From Coniocarpon cinnabarinum (taxonomy: Eukaryota), in contig JAVECO010000095.1 of NCBI GenBank assembly GCA_051942205.1, positions 62,001-86,781 of the forward strand: a DNA stretch of 24,781 nucleotides. The letters run 5' to 3'. How positions within the stretch are numbered: position 1 is the stretch's first letter; every line of letters starts with the position of its first letter. The notes beneath the pieces are model-generated. The model was not told the DNA's origin. It saw only the letters and a program-made list of their open reading frames with translations, and made no database searches. The position numbers were made by a program, and so were the translations under genes. Positions 10,501 to 22,125 of this stretch are shown here, piece by piece.

Positions 10501-11910
10501 TCATCTCTTCTTGCTCCTCCTCTTTGAGTTGACGTTCCTGCCGGCTGCGACCGTAGGCTGTGCCCCTCCGACCCTACTCCTGTCGCCACTCAAAATACCA
10601 GGCAGCACATCTTCATCCATCAAATCCTTCTCTTTTCTCCTAGCTCTGCTCCCGGGCGCAACAGCTCTTGTGTACTCTTTCTGGTCTTCAGTCAGTATCA
10701 GGTCATTCCCCCAACCCCCCTTTCCACCACCCTTTACATTCCTCCCGCTGGGCGTCCCCATCACTGGTTTAGGTATCGAGTAACGCTGTCCACGACGATT
10801 CCATTCCCAATTCTGTTTCAAATGCACTTGCATCTTCCCTACCCTATCAATGGACGCTGGCACACGCGTAAGGTTGGGCTGTCCACATCGAGGACAGAAT
10901 TGCTTGGTGGTATCCTTGACGAGCTGGAAGCACCCATGGCAACGGAGAATGGTGGTGCGGAGCTGCTGAATATGCTGGAGGGTAGTTGTGGAGAGAATGT
11001 TGAGTTGAAGTTGGAGAAGGACGTTCTGAAGAGCGAAATCAGTAGTGAGGGTAGCAACGGGGACAGGGTCAGGGGAAACGCTGGAGGAGGCCAGCGAGGG
11101 AGCCGTTTCCTCAGCCATTCGCCGGTTTATGTTGGAGGGAGTAATCCAGTCTTCGTCCTCGGCCCCATCAGTTGAGGAGCCATCGGAGGTTTCGCCGTGA
11201 ACGTGGGCGGGAGGGGGATTAACTACACTGCTGTGCCAATCGTGATGCTCATCTTGCAGAGAAATCTCACCCAAATCAGCCACGTCACCAGCTACCTCCG
11301 TGGCGAGGGATGCATGGGAAGGGGAACTCGCTGTCTGATTACCGTCTTGCGTACTTCTGAGTGCATCCGCATAACCGCCATGTGCGTTCGGCGTCTGAGG
11401 CTGATCAAGCCCCACCGCCGATGCATCTCCTTGCTTTGAATCGCTTACTGACCGTCCAAGAATGGGCTTTGGCACGGTATTGCATCTTTGATTTTGCTGA
11501 GAGGCCGTTGATAACTGAGTGCAGAGGGAGCCGGTTTCTTCTAATGAGGAAAATGAAGCCTCTCCTAAACGCTGCGCAATTATATGATTCTGTTCGTTAT
11601 GTAGCTCATATGCTAATGCCGCCACCTTGAGATCGGTTCCACTAAGAACAGCGTAGTCGCCGGTCCGTCGCGCGAAATCAGCGACATGTTTGACACTTTC
11701 GGGACGAGGATCGCGAATCAGTAGGAACGGTTTTAGGGTGGATTCAACTCGTATCCTGGTCTGTTCATCACGGAATTCTGCTACGACAGAAGGCAGCGTC
11801 ACAAGCTTCTGAGATTTGGCCAGCAGGGTTGATACTGATGGCGTGTTTTTGATGATGGGGCCAGCGTCCAAGATCAAGGCAGCGAATGGTTTTGCTTGGT
11901 CCTGTGCCAT
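10501..11910 (-). CDS. NOB1: 20S pre-rRNA D-site endonuclease Nob1, about 469 aa, intronless
   Basis: PIN domain (LILDAGP, TGDYAVLSGTDLKVAALAYE, TTDFALQNVLLQ), WITPSN motif, zinc ribbon LRCHGCF..FCPRCG and LILTEDQKEY. Confidence 0.96.
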   Translation of the reverse strand: MAQDQAKPFAALILDAGPIIKNTPSVSTLLAKSQKLVTLPSVVAEFRDEQTRIRVESTLKPFLLIRDPRPESVKHVADFARRTGDYAVLSGTDLKVAALAYELHNEQNHIIAQRLGEASFSSLEETGSLCTQLSTASQQNQRCNTVPKPILGRSVSDSKQGDASAVGLDQPQTPNAHGGYADALRSTQDGNQTASSPSHASLATEVAGDVADLGEISLQDEHHDWHSSVVNPPPAHVHGETSDGSSTDGAEDEDWITPSNINRRMAEETAPSLASSSVSPDPVPVATLTTDFALQNVLLQLQLNILSTTTLQHIQQLRTTILRCHGCFQLVKDTTKQFCPRCGQPNLTRVPASIDRVGKMQVHLKQNWEWNRRGQRYSIPKPVMGTPSGRNVKGGGKGGWGNDLILTEDQKEYTRAVAPGSRARRKEKDLMDEDVLPGILSGDRSRVGGAQPTVAAGRNVNSKRRSKKR

Positions 11911-13125
11911 GGCGGGAGACCCGCCAGGATACCGCAAAGAAGTCAATGCCGGACCTCAGTCCAGACAGCGAGCCTCTGCCGTGAGGAAACTTTGCCAGTA
12001 GGTATGATGGCGAAACCCTGATGAAGCTTATAGCGCGCTGGGTCGCAGAGCGGCAAGGGCTTTCGCTCAAGACTCTTGCCGTGCCAAATTGCCGAGCGGA
12101 TCTGATCTCCTCAGGCTTGCCGTGAGTCGAGCCGCCGACCAATGTAGAGGATATGGGTAGCAATGCCACGGCCGACATGTTTGACAACTCGACAGGAGTA
12201 CAGTCGGGCTAGCTCTGTTGTGGAAAACTTTTCGCCCCCACTCACTTCTGGTGCTGTACCACCCACCCACCCACGTGCCACCGTACCTCAATTCTGCCTC
12301 ACGCTCACACACCTCACGTCTGCAACTGGTCTGGCAACTGCAAAGAGCCCTGTGCACAATCGGGTTTCCTGTGTGCTCGATCGACCGGCGCTCTGGCTTG
12401 TGATCATGCAGTGTCAGACCGCCTCAATCCACCAGCTGAGGGGCCGCGCATCCGCCTGCGTTGGGGCGGATCAGTCGTAACTTGTCCCTTCCTTCGATAC
12501 GATCCTTACGAGCCAAGGACCATCCTCGAGCTCACTGGGTGTTGATCGTTTCAACTTTCAACCACGCCGAGTCGCTTCGTGTTTGCCGTCACGTTGATGT
12601 TGAACACTTGCGTGGAAGCTGAGACTGATCTACTCAGCGCCTGCGCGGCTGTCAGAGCATGAGATACTATTGTCAACTGCTGCCGTCCCGCCGTCCGGCA
12701 ACAAGCCGCGTGTAGATTGCGCGGTATCCTTCACAGCGGAGCTGCAGGATTCGAGGTCTTTGGCCGCTCCTCCTTCAAACGTTACTCGATAAGGTGCATG
12801 GCACGTTCGAGCGAGGGCTATGCTGAAGCCTGAATCCCAAGCGGCGTGGCTTGGACGGCAGTGGCCCGCGTCCGGACGTCCATGCTCGCCCGTTAAGATA
12901 AATCCATTGGCCCTCCAAAATAAAACACGTATGCCGGCGTGCCTTTTACATTGCGCTCCACCCCCACACGTGTGTAGCTGTAGCCGCAGACCTGCAGGCA
13001 GGTTCTTGCTCTTAAGCCGGGCGTAGCGACCCTCGTGTTTTGTATCTGATTCTCGTTGATTTCTTTCTCGTCATCCAATATATTCACCTCGGACGGCTGC
13101 TATTTCAACGCAGCAGCGTCCAGAC

Positions 13126-15017
13126 ATGGGCTCCGAACATGACGCCCGCGGTGTCAAGTTTCGGTTGGCACTGCTGTCATTGACTGTGCTGACCCTTTCC
13201 GCTGCATATGACGCAACATGTATAGCTGTTGTGCTTCCAGTATGTCCTCTACCATGTCCTCTGCCATCCATGATTTGATGGCATTGCTGTGACTCACCGT
13301 GGACAGAGACTCGCAGCAAAATTGCACGGCACCGCGATTGACGCTTTCTGGACGGGAAATGCCTTTCTTCTCACCAACACCGTTTCTCAGCCTTCTTGGG
13401 TTTCCATTTCTGATGCCTTTGGACGACGTGCGGCTCTATTAGCCGGCGCTGCGCTATTTTCAATAGGGTGTATCATCGGAGGGGCTGCGCAAGGCTTTCC
13501 TCAATTGCTCGCTGGTCGTGCGGTGCAAGGTCTCGGTGGAGGAAGCATTATGTGTCTTGGAGAGGTCATCATCACAGACCTTGTTCCCTTGCCCGAACGA
13601 CCGAAATTCATCATCTACATCACTTCCGCATGGGCGCTGGGTAGTCTTACTGGACCCGTGATCGGAGGCGCGATCATCGAGCACGCAAGTTGGCGTTGGC
13701 TTTTCCTTGCGCCTCTTCCAACAACAGGTGAGCACCGATGGCAGTCTGTTGCGGGAATGGCAGTGCTAAACACTTCCAATAGTGATCGGAGGTATCATGG
13801 CCTTTTCATGTCTTCAACTGAACCAACGAGATGAGCGACCTCTGGAGAAGCTCAAACGAATTGACTACATCGGCTCTGCTATATTCACTGGCTCACTGAC
13901 ATCCTTACTTATCGCACTTACCTGGGGAGGCGTAATGTACCCTTGGACCTCAGCTAGGACAATCGCTCCTTTGTGCGTGGGGATTGTCGGTATTATTGCT
14001 TTCACAATCTATGAAATTTACGTGGCACGTGCTGGCAAAAGTACCTTGATCAATGTGAACATTTTCAAGACGACGAGCGCATGCGCAAACTTCTACAATA
14101 CGTTCGTACATGGCATGATCATGTGGCTGAGCTTATACTACACGCCTTTATACTTCGAAGGAGCTAAACTTTTTGGACCGGTCCACGCAGGTGTTGCATA
14201 CTTCCCCAGCTCAGCACCGACAGTGCCTGTCTCAATTATTGCGTCAATCATCATCAAAAGGCGGCAAAAATACAGCTGGGCACAATGGGTCGGCTGGCCC
14301 ATAGCAACCTTAGGAGGCGGTCTCAGATACCTGCTCGACGTCCAAACTACGACGGTGCAATGGGTGTTTTACCAGCTCGTCAACGCGATTGGAGTTGGGA
14401 TCATCATGCCTGGGACGGCAACGGCGAACATGGCTGTAGCACCTACTCAACACATCGCTGTCGCCGCGGGCATGGTCCCATTCTTTAGGTCCTTCGGCCA
14501 GATGATGGGCTTGGCGATTGGAAGTGCTATCTTTCAGAATCAGCTGAAAAGAGAGCTCGTTTCAAATCACAGCCTGGAGGTTGCTGCAGGGCAATACGCC
14601 CATGACGCGACTGCAATGGTCGGATTTATCGAAGCGCTGCCAGCTTCTCCCCTCAAACTGGCAGCTCAGTCTGCCTTTGCCGACGGTCTAAAGCCTGTGT
14701 GGATATTCAACTGCGCCATAGCTGGCAGCGCAATGTTGATGGCTTTGCTCATCAGAGGATCTACGATGAATCGCAAACAAGTCACCGAACACGGGTGGGT
14801 GGGAGCAACGAAGACACAGAGCATCGAGCTCGGGATCCTACAAAAGGACGGTCATAAACGCCATAGCAGTGGCATTGCTGATGCAGTATTCGTGGCTCAG
14901 ATCCCGTGGAGCCAGCCTGACGACTCTCACTCCGTTTGGCGAAGAGATTTGTCTCCGCCGCTCGGAGCGCAGGAGCAGCGGTCGTCGGTCCAATCTAAGC
15001 GAGGGTCGAGGCAGTAG
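13126..15017 (+). CDS. MFS drug:H+ antiporter (DHA2-like, about 14 TM): join(13126..13239,13307..13727,13783..15017), 589 aa
   Basis: Motif A ISDAFGRR, GRAVQGLGGG, DLVPLPERP, motif C GPVIGGA, WRWLF, IDYIG and WGGVMYPW. Introns are 13240-13306 (GTATGT..CAG) and 13728-13782 (GTGAGC..TAG); 1770 nt in frame. Confidence 0.92.
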
Positions 15018-15430
15018 AGACTGCGTAGTACTCACCAACGTTGGCGTGGTCGGCAGCACAACGATAGGTCAATGACTCATGGAGAGAGGTTTCTTCATTT
15101 TCAAGTAAAACGTGCTGGTGTTTAATTCATGAATTCATGAGAATCTCATAGTCTCGATTGTCGGGATCGTGGACACGATATCTCCTTCACACTTCGGAGA
15201 ACAAACGAGTCATACGCGTCGGCCGGATGAACTTCGGGGCAATTCTGTCTGTAGCGATTCGTCTGCCTGGTCTGACGTTTGACCTGCTCAGTTGCCTGGC
15301 CGTAGACACTGAGTTACTGCGACCTAGCGCTGCGGCAGTCTCTTATGATGCTTTCCCAGATTCTTTCCCGCTCTGCTGAGCTGGCAGGACCCAACTTGTC
15401 TTCGAAGAACCACGTCGTGATTGAAGCAAA

Positions 15431-17188
15431 ATGGTGCTACACCCGCAGGATGAGCAAGAGCTGGGCATGAGTGACGCCGATGTCCACGTGGAAGAGACCG
15501 CACAAGAGCTTGAGAACATGACATTGACGGGCTCGGAGCCGCGAGCGCTACCAGAATGCCGTCAAGGTGCCATAAAACCACTCACTTTCTGGCTCCCACT
15601 TGACCACACGCCTGGCCAGTATTGGACGCATGAGCCGTACCAGAATGCTGCCGGTGAGACAGTGTCCGTCATCTACTGCCAGGATCATATTACCTCGGAG
15701 CGCGTTGCCAAGCCGTTTCTGAGGTGCCCTGTCGTGGGCTTTGATATGGAGTGGGCTCCCTTTGGTGCGAAGGGCATCAAAGGGAACATCTCGGTGATCC
15801 AAGTCGCGTGTGAAGACAAGATTGCGATATTTCATATTGCGCTACACCATGGGAGGACTGTGTCCGAGCTCCTCTGTCCTTCTCTTCGAAAACTTATTGA
15901 GGATGAAAACATTCTTAAGTGTGGTGTAGCCATCAACAACGCAGATGGCAATCGTTTGCGCAGGTGGATGAAGCTCCAGCCGAGAGGCATGTTCGAGCTG
16001 TCACACATGCACAAAGTAGTCAAATGGGCGAAGCGTGATCCGAAAATGGTGAACAAAAGATTGATCAAATTAACGTGGCTGGCAGAGGAGCATCTGGGTA
16101 GACCGTTGTTCAAGGGCAACGTCAGAACCAGCGATTGGACAAAGCCATTGAATGAAGAGGTTCGTCCCTTGGCATCTCTTTCACTCTAGCATAAACTCGA
16201 CCGGCACGACTCTGAAGTCCATGGTGGACCTGCAAATGGGCCAGCGTTTGTTGTAAAATACGGCTGCAGTGTTTATCGAGTATCAAAGTCATCTTTTGTT
16301 GAGCGTGGCTTCAGGATTAGATAGGCTGATATGTTGAGATAGCAAATACGATACGCCGCCGCGGACGCCTACTCTGGCTTTCGGATTTTCCATGCACTCG
16401 AGGCAAAACGAGCGAAGATGGACGAGCCTGTACCACCGCGTCCTGCGCCTGCTGAGCTTGGGATGCCACTTCTCCTAACCATCGCCGTAAACGAAGACGA
16501 CGAAGAACGTGCTTCCGACTTGGCAAATGAGTCAGGGCGCAGGTTGCCAATGCTTCGTGGGTCTGGAGATCAAAATGCCCCGTTGCTTGACGGCTCATCG
16601 AACACACCAAGTTTTCAGATGCCATCCATCGATTTCCTTGCCTGTGGGGATCGAGATACGCGACAAATCTATTCAGCACTACGCGCTGTGCGCAGGCGGC
16701 TTAGCCTTCACATGGGCAACTCGGAGGAGAGTCTGGCGACTGATTCGACATTGTTCAGCTTGGCTGAGACTCGTCCTACGTGTGATACAAAGCTTGACTG
16801 TCGAGCTCAAAGGTGCGTACGCGTGAAATGTGGCCCCGCGACGTGCGCTGATCCTGCAAGATGGGCGGATGTGATGTTGAAGGAAGGCCGAGTGGACCTG
16901 TTTGCTTTTCTGAGAAAGTACACACCTTCAGACGAGCAGGGACCCTCCTTGCAAGAATGTGCCGTCGAACAGCCCGAGGCAAACACAATGCTGAGTAGTT
17001 GTTCGTCTTCAGCCATTCAATGCGACAGATCACGCCATTCGAACCCAGCACCTGATACATCGACCGCGCTGCAAACCAGCTTCCATGCCGACGGAGCCGA
17101 GTCCGTACTGGGAAAGGAAGATTATAGCAAATACTTTAGCGAGGACGACTTCGATGACACGGGGCTGTCGAGTGACAGTGGCGGATGA
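15431..17188 (+). CDS. WRN/EXD-type DEDDy 3'-5' exonuclease with a probable C-terminal HRDC-like segment: join(15431..16159,16343..17188), about 524 aa (alternative start 15467)
   Basis: ExoI VVGFDMEW, ExoII GVAINNADG and VRTSDW..PL. ExoIII QIRYAAADAY appears only after splicing intron 16160-16342 (GTTCGT..GCTGAT..TAG). 1575 nt in frame. Confidence 0.88.
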
Positions 17189-18475
17189 ACTATGCCACTC
17201 AGGACCAGCGACGAAATGTAGCGGCTACATGATGTTCTAACCAATTACTGGCTTACTTCAGCTGACACATGGCGATCTCTCCATCGACTTTGTAGGCTTT
17301 GGAGCAATATCTGGAAGACCATTCCGATTTCTATTTCCAAATCAAATGATCGAGTACTCCATAAACGATGCAAAATGACCCTACAAGGACGCATGCAAAA
17401 GTCCTACGCACGAGAAATATACTCCAAATCATCCCTAGCACGCAATTGGATATTGGACTCGCTCGATTACAATTACGGCAGTGGTCTGTATGGTCATGGT
17501 CCCCGTCGGAGCGCTGGAGAGCACCCTGACATGCGACACAAGATTGCCTTGAAGCTTTTTGAAGGGAGCCGCTTCTGCTGTGAACATTAGTCTCTTGTGT
17601 GAATGCGGTAACATGGTGTTTCTTGTTCGATCTGAGGTGACCTCAAAAGGTTAGGTGGCTTGCCGGCTGTTTCTAGGGATCTTGACGCCATGTTATAGTA
17701 TCAGCGGACATTTTTATGACGTCATTGCTCGAAGAAGCGGTCTGCGGCTGAGTGCCTCGGAGCCACGCGAGCGAGCCGTTCATTACCTAGTTGTTTAAAC
17801 ATTCTGATCCTGTCCAAGCTCGGGCTTCGGGGGCGGCTGCGATTCGTTCGCGCAACAGGCTCGACTTTGCCAGTTACGGACTGCACGACTGCACGACTGC
17901 TTCCAATGACCTGGTAGCGGTATGTTGGCGAGCAAGCACAGCGGACTGAGCGCCCTTAAACACTCTTTCACTTGATGTCTTAACACGCCTACTTAAGGCG
18001 GGTAGAGGAGCCATTTCAGTGTCACTGTCTCATGAGCCGCTTGTCCCGTGGTCAGAAATAAAGCACTCTAATGAGATCACTCTGCAGCCGACCACTCCGG
18101 TGCGACGCGAGCATCTACGGAATGAAGCAACATGTATGCCGATCTCCCTCGTCGCGGCACGATGGCGCGCCTAGAACGGCATCAAGCAATGCCTTCGTCG
18201 ACAGGCCGTTCTTGGGGGCGATCCAGCTCAGCCATTCAAAGGCAAAACCGGCGGTGCGTTAAAGCACTAGGGACACATGCCGATTCAAACAATCACATAG
18301 ATATGCTCTGAGGCACTCTGCCCTCCCTGAGAGATTTGAAGACAATTTCGACCGACCCTCACGACCACCCAAGATCATTGCGCCTTCTCCCCATTTACGG
18401 ACTCCATTTCTCGGCGTACAATTTTCACACTCACACAACAGGGTCTAATATACAGTTTAGAAAGTCGTAAGAGCA

Positions 18476-19867
18476 ATGTCGACCTCTCTTTTCCGTCGAC
18501 AGGTCCATGCAGTACCATGCCAGCACATCAGACACTATGCGCGAGCAACTTCGCAAAGTCAAGAAGAACTGTTGCAGATGGAGGTGAAGCAATACACACC
18601 ACTTGACAATTTGAAGCCACAGGCTCACTTTCGCAACGTGACCGTCATTGCGACGCATGCCCTTGGCTGGCCAAAAGAGACATATGAACCATTGTTCGAT
18701 GAGCTCTATCGTCAACTGTTGGATCACAGCAGCATACGCATACGCTCCATATGGATTGCAGACGTGGCAACATCTGCAGCCAGCGCGACGCTCAACGAGG
18801 GAAAGCTAGGCAATGACCGTAAGCGCCCTTTACGCCATATGCCAGACCGCACCAGCTGATTCCCTTCTGTTGATACAGCCTCCTACTTCGACTGGGCCAG
18901 AGATCTCTTATTGATGGTCAATCACTTCCGCCATGACATGATACGCCCCATCGTTGGCCTGGGCCATAGTATGGGTGCGACCGCCATGATCAATACCGCC
19001 TTGTTTCATCCACGCCTGTTCACAACAGTGATTCTGGTGGAGCCAGTCTTGAATCGACATTATCGCGGCATGAACTTGAAGGCTGCGCGGGCCATTTCCA
19101 TGAAAAAAGACCAGTGGCCGTCGCGCGAGGCAGCAATTACTTCCGTCAAACGTCAGCCTCTCATGAAAACGCTGGATCCTCGGGCTGTCGAATTGTTCGC
19201 CCAGTACGGGCTGAGGGAGCTGCCCACGCTACTGTATCCGGAAGAGCCGGATGCGACGCAGAAAAACGCGAAGCCGGTCACTCTCTCAATCACTCGGCAT
19301 CACGATGTCTCTGCCTTTGCAAGAGGGGCGTTCCCCTCGCAGTCCCAAGATCTTTCACATTTTGAGGTGGATCGCACGCGGCATCCTGATCTTAGTAAGA
19401 CCGAGCACGCTGTAGGTGGGCAACCTTTCTATCGGCCGGAGTCTGTCCAGACATTTGCGCAGCTGCCATTTTTGCGACCGTCTTGTCTCTTCATCCACGG
19501 CGATCAGTCACCCTTTTCATTTGCGGAGCCATCTGCACGCGCCGATAAAGTAGCCATCACTGGTACAGGGACAGGCGGCAGCGGCGGCAACGCTGAAGGC
19601 GCTGTGGACGAGATGGTTCTGGAAGGCTGCAATCACTGGGTGCCTCTGGAGAAGCCGTCTCGTGTCGCTGAAGCCGCGGTGCGATGGCTCGAGCACCAGC
19701 TTATCAGGAGCGAAGAAGGCGACAAAGATCCGCAGTGGGACGCCCGGAGCATTCGCGAGAAGAGTATGCTCGATGACGACTGGTTACAATGGTCCGAGCG
19801 GTGGTTCGGTGCGGCCCAGAAGCGTGATCAGGCACAGAATGAGCTGTCCGGGAAAACAAAGCTCTGA
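18476..19867 (+). CDS. Alpha/beta-hydrolase of the MpaH/Lpx1-like ('toxin biosynthesis protein') type, probably peroxisomal: join(18476..18818,18879..19867), 443 aa
   Basis: HALGWPKETYEPL, IRSIWIAD, NDPSYFDWARDLL (spans the intron), nucleophile elbow GHSMG, HPRLF, TGTGTGGSGG and catalytic-His region NHWVPLE. The C-terminus is -KTKL. Intron 18819-18878 (GTAAGC..GCTGAT..CAG). Confidence 0.88.
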
Positions 19868-20186
19868 ATCAAGCATACACAGCGAAGACAATGGATGCCA
19901 CGAGGAGCATTGCCACGCACCCGTGTGGAGCCCTCTATAGCAAGCATCACTCCAGCCTTGGTGGCTCGGACTTGTACGGGCAGTCCGAGCCCCGCCGAGC
20001 CCGCCCCTCCGCCTATATACCAGCCAATGGCGCGCTCTCCACCCTCTTTTCCCATGGGATCGAGACTCATGTCCACCAGCTTGAAAATGTATAAATGGCT
20101 TGCGGCGCGCGTGAAACCGAGGACAGACTTGCGTCTCCACGACCCGTTGCACCCATCTTTGACGGAAAAAGTGGGCACCCTGCAAG

Positions 20187-21542
20187 ATGTCCAACCTCAA
20201 CGTTCTCATCGTCGGCGCGTCGATCGCAGGTCCAACAGCCGCGTACTGGTTTGCCAGAGTCGGAGCCCATGTCACCGTCATTGAGCGCTTTCCAGAGCTC
20301 CGCAAAGGCGGTCAGAATATTGACATACGCACCGTCGGTGTCAACGTCATGCGCAGAATGCCAGGGATGGAGGCTGCGGTGCGTGCGAAGACGACTCAGA
20401 TGGAAGGCATCTGCTTGGTGAACAACGACGGAAGACCGTTTGCGACCATGACATCTACAGGCGACGCGGATCAGCAGTCGCTTGTGTCCGAGTTCGAGAT
20501 CTTTCGAGGTGACCTCGCACAGATCCTGTACGACTTCACGAAGAACTCTGACAGAATTACTTACCAATTCGGCGAGCAGATTGCCTCACTGCAGCACGAC
20601 AGCGATGGCCCGATAACCGTCGAGTTTGCGAACGGCTTCCCTCGCGCTCAGTACGATCTGGTCGTCGCATGCGACGGAGCAACGTCAAGAACTCGTGCCA
20701 TGGGCTTTGGATGCAGTGTTCGGGATCACATCATCCGACTTAATGGTTGGGCTGCTTACTTTTCGCTGCGAGAGAGCCTGCTGCACGGAAGCAAAATGGG
20801 ACATGGATTCAGTAGGACAGGCGGGCGCTTTCTTGCGGTCGGACCGAACCCTGAGGGGCCAGAGCGAGCGTGTCTGATGAAGCACTATTCCAACAGTGAT
20901 GAGGATGCTACTCTCCCCTTTCGAGACGCCTCGGCTCAGGGGATTGAAAGCCTGAAACAGTATGTGCGCAACGCGTATGAGGGCGGTGGCTGGAAAACCG
21001 CCGAGATATTGAACAGCATGGTACTGACGGACGACTTCTACGCGTCCGAGATAGTTCAGGTCAAGACTCCTCGTCTTAGCAATGGCCGGTTGGTTCTGGT
21101 CGGTGACGCCGGCTATGCCTCAGGATATACTGGTTCTGGGACCAGTCTGGCTCTTGCTGGAGCCTACCTATTAGCAGGTGAGATCGGCAGCCATCCCGAC
21201 GACCTTGCCGCCGGACTCAAAGGCTATGAGGAGCGTATGAAACCGATCGTGGATGACTTGCAGAAGATACCTCCCGGTGTCACTACTTTGATGGCGCCCC
21301 AAACGGCCTGGGGACTCCGTCTTCGCAACCTCCTCTTCATGTTTGTTTCTTGGGCATCAGCGCTGAGTGCGAGCTTCTTGTGGATCACCAAAATCTTTGG
21401 AGGCCTGTTCGCAAGTAGCTTTGGTAAAGACAAGTACGGCATTCCCGACTATGAGTGGCTGGATTTGAAGTCTGATAAGCGACGTGGTCAAAGCAAAGCA
21501 CTGGAGTCAAGTGTTTCTGAAATTAGTGGTTCTTCCTCTTGA
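20187..21542 (+). CDS. FAD-dependent monooxygenase/oxidoreductase (group A flavoprotein, FAD_binding_3-type), 451 aa, intronless
   Basis: Rossmann motif VLIVGASIAGP, ERFPELRKGGQNID, DG motif VACDGATS and GD motif VLVGDAGY..GSGTSLALAGAY. Confidence 0.92.
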   Translation: MSNLNVLIVGASIAGPTAAYWFARVGAHVTVIERFPELRKGGQNIDIRTVGVNVMRRMPGMEAAVRAKTTQMEGICLVNNDGRPFATMTSTGDADQQSLVSEFEIFRGDLAQILYDFTKNSDRITYQFGEQIASLQHDSDGPITVEFANGFPRAQYDLVVACDGATSRTRAMGFGCSVRDHIIRLNGWAAYFSLRESLLHGSKMGHGFSRTGGRFLAVGPNPEGPERACLMKHYSNSDEDATLPFRDASAQGIESLKQYVRNAYEGGGWKTAEILNSMVLTDDFYASEIVQVKTPRLSNGRLVLVGDAGYASGYTGSGTSLALAGAYLLAGEIGSHPDDLAAGLKGYEERMKPIVDDLQKIPPGVTTLMAPQTAWGLRLRNLLFMFVSWASALSASFLWITKIFGGLFASSFGKDKYGIPDYEWLDLKSDKRRGQSKALESSVSEISGSSS

Positions 21543-22125
21543 CATGGTTTGAAACGTCGCGAGACGTATACCCTTCTCGCTTGACTGTAAAACTCGCATC
21601 CAATACACAGGGCAAATGCTATCGCTTGCAGGAAACCCGGCCCCGCAATCCAAATAAAATTCACCGCTGTGTCGCTCGAACCAAGGGCCATATCGGAGAC
21701 TAGCAGTATTGGTCCGGGAGGTACTTTTGTAGCCATCGTGGAGGCAAATATGTGAACTTTCAAATTGATGGATCAGTGACACAAGCTTCACGTCCACTGC
21801 CATATATATCTAGTTATATCTAGATATAGCCACATGCAGCAAGCAGGGTTTATTTTGAAGGGTAGCTGTGTTTTGAAGACGTATAACCGCTATCACAACA
21901 GATATTATGTATATTGCATAGAAAGGGTTAAGAACGGTGGCTTTACGCATGGAAACGAGATCGCGGACGCAAAAGTACGAGCACAAGACAGAAATTTAGG
22001 CATTACGTGACTAGTTTACTAAGAGCCATGAACCGGCCTCATTGCCCATTTGTAGCTGTGCCTCCTGGCGCCCTACCTGTGTGAGTTGACGTTGCTTGAG
22101 CTTCTGCTGCCCGTATCTATTCATC

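Noticed and set aside
12220..12232. RRPE-like motif (GGAAAACTTTT) upstream of NOB1, plus a PAC-like GATGAG upstream of NOP10
   Set aside because: Both are imperfect short matches to motifs defined in yeasts and are expected by chance.
17879..17900. 8-bp tandem repeat (GACTGCAC)x2.75
   Set aside because: The repeat is real but very short and most likely ordinary slippage.
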